A DNA stretch of 64,000 bases from Pseudomonadota bacterium. Its GTDB lineage: Bacteria; Pseudomonadota; Alphaproteobacteria; Rickettsiales; UBA3002. Shown piece by piece: positions 57,610 through 64,000 of this stretch. Position numbers and translations under genes: made by a program. Numbering within the stretch: position 1 is the stretch's first letter; every line of letters starts with the position of its first letter. Under the pieces are notes generated by a model, which saw nothing but the letters and a program-made list of their open reading frames with translations, was not told where the DNA came from and made no database searches. The stretch is from contig JAZKJM010000005.1 in NCBI GenBank assembly GCA_040384265.1, forward strand, positions 51,166 through 115,165, written 5' to 3'.

Positions 57610-58713
57610 ATGTCTATACCCACCATTACGAATGCTGATGTTCAAGCCCTGGTTGACCAAGGGCTTGCGGGTATTACGACAGCCGCAACCACCCAAGCCC
57701 TGCAAGACATCCGCGTGCAGTATCTGGGCAAAAGCGGCAGCCTTTCGGCGCATCCGTATTTCCAGACCATCAAAACCGCGACGCCGGATGAGAAGAAAAT
57801 CATCGGGGCAGACCGCACGGCGGCCACCGCCGCCCTCACTGCGGCGCTCGATGCGCGCAAGGGAGCGCTGGAAGTGGCGGAGCTGAACGCCCGCCTCGCC
57901 CGCGAAACGGTGGATGTCACCCTGCCCGCCACGCCTGCGTCGCGCGGCTCCATCCACCCGATCACGCAGGTGACGGAAGAGCTGATCGCCATTTTCGCCG
58001 ATTTCGGCTTCACGGTGGCCGAAGGGCCGGAGATTGAGGACGATTTCCACAATTTCAGCGCGCTGAACATCCCCGAGTCCCACCCGGCGCGGCAGATGCA
58101 TGACACGTTCTACCTGCGTGGCGACGGCAACGAGCCCTACCCCGTGCTGCGCACCCACACCTCCCCCGTGCAAGTGCGCACGATGGTGAGTGAGAAGCCG
58201 CCGATCCGCATCATCGCCCCGGGCACGACGTATCGCTCCGATTCGGACATGACCCACACGCCGATGTTCCACCAGATCGAGGGGCTCGTCATCGAAAAAA
58301 ACGTGCATATGGGCCATTTGAAAGGCCTGCTGCATGATGCGCTGGCCGCGTTCTTCGGCCTCGAAACCCTGCCGATGCGCTTTCGCGCCAGCTTTTTTCC
58401 CTTCACCGAACCTTCGGCGGAAGTGGATATCGGCTGCAAACGCGGGCGCGATGCGCTGGTCATCGGCGAAGGCAGCGATTGGCTGGAAGTCGCCGGTTGC
58501 GGCATGGTGCACCCGAGCGTGCTGCGCAATTGCGGGCTGGACCCCGCCGAATGGCAAGGCTTCGCCTTCGGTTGCGGCATCGAACGCCTCGCCATGCTGA
58601 AATATAACATCCCCGACCTGCGCACCATGTTCGCGGGCGATGTGCGCTGGCTGAAACATTACGGATTCAACGCGCTGGATATTCCCTCGCTGATTAAGGG
58701 AGTCGCCGCATGA
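57610..58713 (+). CDS. pheS: phenylalanine--tRNA ligase subunit alpha
   Basis: AGGAG at 57601-57605 precedes ATG 57610. Motifs include HPARQMHDTFY, FRASFFPFTEPS and GFAFGCGIERLAM. Confidence 0.95.
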   Translation: MSIPTITNADVQALVDQGLAGITTAATTQALQDIRVQYLGKSGSLSAHPYFQTIKTATPDEKKIIGADRTAATAALTAALDARKGALEVAELNARLARETVDVTLPATPASRGSIHPITQVTEELIAIFADFGFTVAEGPEIEDDFHNFSALNIPESHPARQMHDTFYLRGDGNEPYPVLRTHTSPVQVRTMVSEKPPIRIIAPGTTYRSDSDMTHTPMFHQIEGLVIEKNVHMGHLKGLLHDALAAFFGLETLPMRFRASFFPFTEPSAEVDIGCKRGRDALVIGEGSDWLEVAGCGMVHPSVLRNCGLDPAEWQGFAFGCGIERLAMLKYNIPDLRTMFAGDVRWLKHYGFNALDIPSLIKGVAA

Positions 58714-61073
58714 AGTTCCCCCTCGCCCTGCTCAAACGCTTCCTGACCACGGATGCGACGCTGGAACACATCAGCGCCACCCTGACTGCCATTGGCCTCG
58801 AAGTCGATGGTATCGAAGACAAAGCGGCCGAGTTGAAGCCATTTGTCGTCGCCGAAATTCTCGAAGCCACCCGCCATCCGCAGGCGGATAAATTGCAGGT
58901 CTGCACCGTCAAAGCGGCGCAAGGCACGTTGCAAATCGTCTGCGGTGCGCCCAATGCGCGCGCGGGCATCAAAGTGGCGCTGGCCAATATCGGCAGCATC
59001 ATCCCCACCAACGGGATGGAAATCAAAAAAGCCGCCGTGCGCGGGGTCGAATCCCACGGCATGCTGTGCTCCGCGCGCGAGCTGGGGCTTGGCGACGACC
59101 ATGAAGGCATCATGGAATTGCCGCTGGATGCCGCCATCGGCACACCGCTGGTCGATGTGCTCGGCATGGTCGATACCGCCGTGCTCGATGTCAATATCAC
59201 CGCCAATCGCGGCGATTGCATGGGCGTCTACGGCATCGCGCGCGACCTCGCCGCCGCAGGCCTTGGCACCCTCGTCACCTACCCGACGCCTGAGATTGCC
59301 GGCAGCAACGAGACCTACCCCATCCGCATCGAGGATACGGATGCCTGCCCGGCATTCATTGGCCGCGTTATCCGTGGTGTGCGCAACGGCGCGTCGCCGG
59401 AATGGCTGCAGCGCGTGCTCACCGCCTCGGGCATGCGGCCGATTTCCGTGCTGGTCGATATCACCAATTACGTCACCCTCGCCTTTGGCCGCCCAAGCCA
59501 TGTGTATGACCTCGCCAAACTCAGCGGCGCCATCGTCGTACGCCGCGCGCGCGAAGGTGAAGAAGTGCTCGCCCTTAACGATAAAACCTACCGCCTCAGC
59601 CCGCAGGCCTGCGTGATTGCGGATGATTCCGGCGCCATTGGCATCGGTGGCATCATGGGCGGCGTCAGCACCAGCGTCAGCGAAACAACGACGGATATTT
59701 TGCTCGAAATCGCGCTGTTCAACCCCGAGCGCATCGCCAAAACCGGCCGCGCGCTGCAGATCGATTCGGATGCCCGCACCCGCTTCGAGCGCGGCGTGCC
59801 AAGCCAGGGCCTCGAAATCGCTGACCGCCATATCACCAGCACCATCCTGCAGCTGGCCGGTGGCGCGGCAGGCGCGCCGATGCTGGCGGGAGAAATCCCC
59901 AAGCATAAAATCGAAATCGCCTTCTCGCCCGCTGCCATCAACGCGCTGGGCGGCACCGCCATCGAGGAAAGCCGCATGCGCGAGATCCTCGTAGCGCTTG
60001 GCTTGCGCGACCATGGCGAGCATATGCACCCGCCCAGCTGGCGGCATGACATCCACCAACCGGCCGACCTTGCCGAGGAAGTGCTGCGCATCGTTGGTTA
60101 TGACGCGATTCCGCTGGTGTCGCTGCCCAAGCCCACCGGCATGGCCGCCCCGGCGCTGGATGCAACGCAACGCCGCACCAGCCTTTCGCGCCGGGCACTC
60201 GCCGCGCGCGGTTACCACGAAACCTATGGCTGGGGCTTCTGCTCCGCCGCGCAAGCCGAGGCCTTTGGCGGCCAGAGCGAGGCGCTGGAGCTGCTCAACC
60301 CCATCAGCGCCGACCTTTCCGTCATGCGGCCCAACCTGTTGCCGCATCTGCTGGAAGCCGCCCGCCAGAACCACGCCCGCGGCAACCCCAACGCCGCGCT
60401 GTTTGAAGTCGGCGCAACCTTTGTGGATGTGACTCCCAACGGCCAGCGCAGCGTCGCTGCCGGGTTGCGCATGGGCCTGCGCGATGCGCTGCACTGGACA
60501 GGCGCACCTAATGCTGATGTGTTCGATGTAAAAGCGGATGCGCTTGCGGTGCTGGAAGCCGCTGGTTTCGACACCGCCAAAACCCAAACCGCACGCAGCG
60601 CCCCGGCATGGTATCACCCCGGCCGCAGCGGTGGATTCACCCTTGGGCCCAAGCAAGTGCTCGCCACCTTCGGCGAGCTGCACCCGGCGACGCTCAAAGC
60701 GCTCGGCATTGATTTCCCGGTCATGGCGTTCGAAGTGCATCTGGATGCCATCCCCGCCGTGAAGCCAGCCAAACGCAAGGCCTTCAGCGCATCCGGTTTC
60801 CAGGCCGCCGCACGCGATTTCGCTTTTGTGGTCGATCAGGATATGGCCTCGGGCGAGCTGCTCAAAGCCGTTCACGCCGCCGAAAAAACACTGCTGCGCG
60901 AAGTGACGATCTTCGACATCTACACCGGCAAAGGCATTGAAGATGGCAAAAAATCCATCGCCCTCACCGTCACCATGCAAGCTGCTGACCGCACGCTGAC
61001 GGATGCCGACATCGAAGCCGTCGCCCAAGCCATCATCACCAGCGCCCGCAAACTCGGCGCGGTGCTGCGCTAG
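58710..61073 (+). CDS. pheT: phenylalanine--tRNA ligase subunit beta
   Basis: 787 aa with MKFPLALLKRFL, a tRNA-binding domain (HPQADKLQVCTV), and B3/4, B5 and FDX-ACB domains. ATGA overlap with pheS. Confidence 0.95.
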   Translation: MKFPLALLKRFLTTDATLEHISATLTAIGLEVDGIEDKAAELKPFVVAEILEATRHPQADKLQVCTVKAAQGTLQIVCGAPNARAGIKVALANIGSIIPTNGMEIKKAAVRGVESHGMLCSARELGLGDDHEGIMELPLDAAIGTPLVDVLGMVDTAVLDVNITANRGDCMGVYGIARDLAAAGLGTLVTYPTPEIAGSNETYPIRIEDTDACPAFIGRVIRGVRNGASPEWLQRVLTASGMRPISVLVDITNYVTLAFGRPSHVYDLAKLSGAIVVRRAREGEEVLALNDKTYRLSPQACVIADDSGAIGIGGIMGGVSTSVSETTTDILLEIALFNPERIAKTGRALQIDSDARTRFERGVPSQGLEIADRHITSTILQLAGGAAGAPMLAGEIPKHKIEIAFSPAAINALGGTAIEESRMREILVALGLRDHGEHMHPPSWRHDIHQPADLAEEVLRIVGYDAIPLVSLPKPTGMAAPALDATQRRTSLSRRALAARGYHETYGWGFCSAAQAEAFGGQSEALELLNPISADLSVMRPNLLPHLLEAARQNHARGNPNAALFEVGATFVDVTPNGQRSVAAGLRMGLRDALHWTGAPNADVFDVKADALAVLEAAGFDTAKTQTARSAPAWYHPGRSGGFTLGPKQVLATFGELHPATLKALGIDFPVMAFEVHLDAIPAVKPAKRKAFSASGFQAAARDFAFVVDQDMASGELLKAVHAAEKTLLREVTIFDIYTGKGIEDGKKSIALTVTMQAADRTLTDADIEAVAQAIITSARKLGAVLR

Positions 61074-61105
61074 CTTAGCCTGCTTAATCAACCGCTCCAC
61101 CAGTT

Positions 61106-61176
61106 GTCACCCCGTCAAACGACGGGGTCCATCTTGGTAGCGGGCACAGGTGGACCCCGTCGAACGACGGGGTGAC
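61106..61176. repeat. nested-palindrome element (copy i, CCCCGTC subtype)
   Basis: gtcaccccgtcaaacgacggggtccatc...ggtggaccccgtcgaacgacggggtgac. Confidence 0.85.
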
Positions 61177-61186
61177 AGGTAATAGC

Positions 61187-61375
61187 TTAAGGTAGCTCAC
61201 CCGTTGTTTTGCGCAGGCGGGCAATCGCCATGTTATCGACCAGATTAGGATAACGCCGCCCGGCTTTTTCAGCGCGGTCGCGCGCCATCGCAATTTCTTC
61301 CGGTGTGAGTTTGATGCTGCCGCCCTTTTTCGGGTTAGGCTTTTTCCACGGCGCGTTGCTGGGCGGTTTTATCAT
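61187..61375 (-). CDS. small hypothetical protein (62 aa)
   Basis: ATGA overlap with the purK stop suggests translational coupling. Basic N-terminus. No domain recognised. Confidence 0.45.
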   Translation of the reverse strand: MIKPPSNAPWKKPNPKKGGSIKLTPEEIAMARDRAEKAGRRYPNLVDNMAIARLRKTTGELP

Positions 61376-62436
61376 CGTTCCAGAATCGTCACATGGCCCA
61401 TTTTACGGCCCGGGCGGGATTCGGTTTTGCCGTAGAGATGGACGTGGGCTTGCGGGTTTTTCGCGTATTCTTCCCACTGCTTCCACTCGTCGCCGAGCAG
61501 GTTAATCATTGCACACGGGCGGTGGGCGGTGGTGTCGCCCAGCGCCCAGCCACAAATCGCGCGGATATGCTGTTCGAACTGTGCGGTCGGCGCGCCTTCC
61601 ATGCTCCAATGGCCGGAGTTATGCGGGCGCGGCGCAAGCTCGTTCACCAGCAGCCCTTCCGGCGTCACGAACAGCTCAACCGCCAGCAGCCCCACCACAT
61701 CCAGCGCCTCGGCGAGGGTTTTGGCGATGCGCACTGCCTGCTCCTGATGCTCATTAATAAACGGCGCGGGAGCGATGGTTTTATAGAGAATATGATCACG
61801 GTGAATATTCTGCACCAGCGGGTAGCAACGCGCCTCGCCGGTGGTTGAGCGCGCCACGATCACCGATGCCTCGGCGCTGAAGTTGATGAACCCTTCCAGA
61901 ATGCACTCGGTTTTGCCAAGGCTGGCCCATGCCTGCGCCGCCTCATCCGCTGATTTGATGACCACCTGCCCCTTGCCGTCATAGCCCAGCTCGGTGGTTT
62001 TCAGCACGCTCGGCGTGCCAATCATGTCGATGGCTGCCGCCAGCTCCGCCGCGTCGCGCACCGGCGCAAACGGCGCGGTGGGGATGCCCTGGGCGCGGAT
62101 AAATTCCTTCTCGCGCAGGCGGTGGCGGGTGGTAAACAGCACCGAGGGTTTGGGCCGCACGGCGACAATGGCGTCGAGCATCTCCAGCGTTTCGGCAGGA
62201 ATATTTTCAAACTCGAAGGTAACCACATCCACACTCTGCGCGAAGTCGCGCAGCGCAGCGCCATCGCGGTAGGCGCCGATGGTGGTTTTGGTCGCCACGT
62301 GGCTGGCGGGCGAATCTTTATCCGGCGTGAAGATATGCGTCTTATAGCCCATTCGCGAGGCCGCGCGCGCCAGCATGCGCCCCAACTGGCCGCCGCCGAC
62401 AATGCCGATGGTGGAGCCTGGCGGGGTGATGGTCAT
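61372..62436 (-). CDS. purK: 5-(carboxyamino)imidazole ribonucleotide synthase
   Basis: IGIVGGGQLGRMLA ATP-grasp N-terminus. Start at ATG 62436. The longer ORF to 62526 reads through repeat copy h. Confidence 0.9.
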   Translation of the reverse strand: MTITPPGSTIGIVGGGQLGRMLARAASRMGYKTHIFTPDKDSPASHVATKTTIGAYRDGAALRDFAQSVDVVTFEFENIPAETLEMLDAIVAVRPKPSVLFTTRHRLREKEFIRAQGIPTAPFAPVRDAAELAAAIDMIGTPSVLKTTELGYDGKGQVVIKSADEAAQAWASLGKTECILEGFINFSAEASVIVARSTTGEARCYPLVQNIHRDHILYKTIAPAPFINEHQEQAVRIAKTLAEALDVVGLLAVELFVTPEGLLVNELAPRPHNSGHWSMEGAPTAQFEQHIRAICGWALGDTTAHRPCAMINLLGDEWKQWEEYAKNPQAHVHLYGKTESRPGRKMGHVTILER

Positions 62437-62454
62437 GGCAACATCCTTTTCATT

Positions 62455-62524
62455 GTCACCCCGTCGCATGACGGGGTCCATCGTGCCACAAGGAAGGTGG
62501 ATGCCGTCATGAAGACGGCATGAC
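62455..62524. repeat. nested-palindrome element (copy h, CCCCGTC subtype) between purE and purK
   Basis: gtcaccccgtcgcatgacggggtccatcgtgccacaaggaaggtggatgccgtcatgaagacggcatgac. Differs from copy g at only a few positions. Confidence 0.9.
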
Positions 62525-62539
62525 AAGATGGGTGATCTA

Positions 62540-63052
62540 TCATTTGGGCTCCAGCGCCACGGCGGCGGTTTGCGCGAGCCGCCATTTGCTGACGCGTGCC
62601 GCGAGTTTGGCGTCGTTCAGCGAAAGAATCATCGCCGCAAGCAGGCCCGCATTGGCCGCCCCATGCTCGCCGATGGCGAGGGTGCCCACTGGCACGCCTT
62701 TGGGCATCTGGGCGATGGAAAGCAGCGCATCGATCCCATCGAGCGATTTGGAAAGCACCGGCACGCCCAGCACCGGCAACGCCGTCAGCGCCGCGGTCAT
62801 GCCCGGCAAATGCGCTGCGCCGCCTGCCCCGGCGATGATGATTTTGAGGCCCTGTTTTTGCGCGCCCGTCGCATAATCATATAGCCGCTTGGGCGTACGG
62901 TGCGCGGAGACGATCTTGGATTCATACGCCACGCCGAGCGCATCGAGCATATCAGCCGCGGCCTTCATCGTCGGCCAGTCCGATTGGCTGCCCATGATGA
63001 TCCCCACCAGCGGTTTTGCGGCGGAAGCTTTTGTTTTTTTTGCAATCGGCAT
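62540..63052 (-). CDS. purE: 5-(carboxyamino)imidazole ribonucleotide mutase
   Basis: [14 protein letters not shown] and [10 protein letters not shown] motifs. Start at ATG 63052. Confidence 0.9.
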   Translation of the reverse strand: MPIAKKTKASAAKPLVGIIMGSQSDWPTMKAAADMLDALGVAYESKIVSAHRTPKRLYDYATGAQKQGLKIIIAGAGGAAHLPGMTAALTALPVLGVPVLSKSLDGIDALLSIAQMPKGVPVGTLAIGEHGAANAGLLAAMILSLNDAKLAARVSKWRLAQTAAVALEPK

Positions 63053-63150
63053 GGGGCTCCTCGAACATGGAAAATGTTTCATTATACTAGTGTTGCCACC
63101 CGGTCAAACCTGCGCTACACAAATGCGTATACATAACGACGGATACGAGC

Positions 63151-64000
63151 ATGAAAATCGCTGCAGCCAAGGAATCATCGCCACTCGAAGCCCGCGTCGC
63201 CCTGTCGCCGGATGCGGTGAAAAAATACATCGCTGCCGGGGCAACCGTCGCGGTTGAAACCGGTGCCGGGCTTGGCTCAGGCATCAGCGACGCCGCATTT
63301 GCGGATGCGGGCGCCACCATCGCCAGCAGCGCCGCCGAGGCCTATGCGGGCGCGGATATTGTCGTTTGTGTCGATACGCCCAGCGACGACATCATCGCCC
63401 TCATTCCGCAAGGTTCCATCCTGATCGGGATGATGAACCCGCTGGATCCCGCCACCCGTTTTTCGGCGCTGAACGAGCGCTCCATCCATGCGTATGCGAT
63501 GGAATTCCTGCCACGCATTTCCCGCGCGCAATCGATGGATGTGCTCTCCTCGCAAAGCAACCTCGCGGGCTACCGCGCGGTCATCGAGGCCGTCGCCGCC
63601 ACCAGCAAAACCGTGCCGATGATGATGACCGCCGCCGGCACCATTCCGCCCGCCAAAACGCTGGTGCTGGGTGCCGGTGTCGCCGGGCTGCAAGCCATCG
63701 CCACCGCCAAGCGCCTCGGTTCCGTCGTCAGCGCGTTCGATGTGCGCGCGGCCGTGAAGGAGCAAGTGCAATCCCTCGGCGCGAAGTTCGTCGAGGTCGA
63801 GGCCACCGCGCAAGCCGAAACCAGCGGCGGTTACGCCAAGGAGATGGACGAGGACTACAAACGCCGTCAGGAAGAAGCGATTGCCAACGTCATCAAAACG
63901 CAGGACATTATCATCAGCACCGCCCTCATCCCCGGCCGCCCTGCGCCGGAGCTGATTACAGCGGCGATGGTCGCCAGCATGAAACCCGGCAGCGTGATTG
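63151..64000 (+). CDS. pntA: NAD(P) transhydrogenase subunit alpha (3' end lies outside the window)
   Basis: My translation from ATG 63151 gives MKIAAAKESSPLEARVALSPDAVKKYIAAG...LSSQSNLAGYRAVIEA...LVLGAGVAGLQAIATAKRLG. It is open to the window end and absent from the ORF track, presumably because no stop codon is reached. Confidence 0.85.
   Translation, partial: MKIAAAKESSPLEARVALSPDAVKKYIAAGATVAVETGAGLGSGISDAAFADAGATIASSAAEAYAGADIVVCVDTPSDDIIALIPQGSILIGMMNPLDPATRFSALNERSIHAYAMEFLPRISRAQSMDVLSSQSNLAGYRAVIEAVAATSKTVPMMMTAAGTIPPAKTLVLGAGVAGLQAIATAKRLGSVVSAFDVRAAVKEQVQSLGAKFVEVEATAQAETSGGYAKEMDEDYKRRQEEAIANVIKTQDIIISTALIPGRPAPELITAAMVASMKPGSVI

Noticed and set aside
58659-61100. 813-aa minus-strand ORF opposite pheT (similar shadow ORFs at 33529-35121, 28347-29333, 22729-23652, 30342-31355, 57550-58659)
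   Set aside because: All are antisense to genes with strong motif support, and all show the Arg/Gly/His-rich composition of GC-rich antisense frames.
15571-62524. Whether the GTCAY...RTGAC repeats form a CRISPR array
   Set aside because: The copies are dispersed kilobases apart in separate intergenic regions, belong to several sequence subtypes, are internally palindromic, and have no regular spacer periodicity or nearby cas genes.
1-64000. Prophage, integrative element, transposase, toxin-antitoxin or known defence system
   Set aside because: No integrase, transposase, phage structural, restriction-modification, Cas, retron RT, or recognisable toxin or antitoxin domains appear in any frame. 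The only nuclease-like accessory gene is the DUF559 ORF, reported separately.

Overview
GC-rich chromosomal core segment with alphaproteobacterial gene content and synteny: proS-lolC-lolD-dnaE, phoH-ybeY-corC, MucR/Ros, olsB-olsA, DUF1467 and hscB-hscA-fdx. I support about 66 protein-coding genes. They include a divergent folate/pABA supercluster (folB-folK-folP-folC and pabC-pabB), a complete biotin locus (bioF-bioH-bioC-bioD, bioB, bioA), nadC/nadA, purE-purK, argD-argF, dxs, rpmI-rplT-pheS-pheT, and partial parE and pntA at the window edges. I found no rRNA, tRNA, CRISPR array, integrase, transposase or recognisable defence system. Five things are not explained by ordinary annotation. (1) At least 10 copies of a nested-palindrome intergenic element bounded by GTCAY...RTGAC, with compensatory substitutions that preserve the arm hairpins. 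(2) A DUF559 nuclease ORF that exactly fills the lolD-dnaE junction (ATGA overlaps on both sides) and lies between two structured 57-bp inverted repeats that are themselves translated. (3) Several visibly AT-richer islets carrying orphan genes inside conserved operons or loci: two paralogous small Cys proteins between bioB and bioA, an antisense ORF between rplT and pheS, a BamE-like gene next to mucR, a 502-aa orphan next to nadA, and a 200-aa unknown translationally coupled into phoH-ybeY. (4) An SdhA-type flavoprotein where nadB would be expected. (5) A MucR/Ros homologue with a degenerate zinc site, plus an orphan prepilin-like gene with a near-consensus, possibly leaderless promoter. Every functional call comes from motif recognition in the supplied translations. 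No database search was run.
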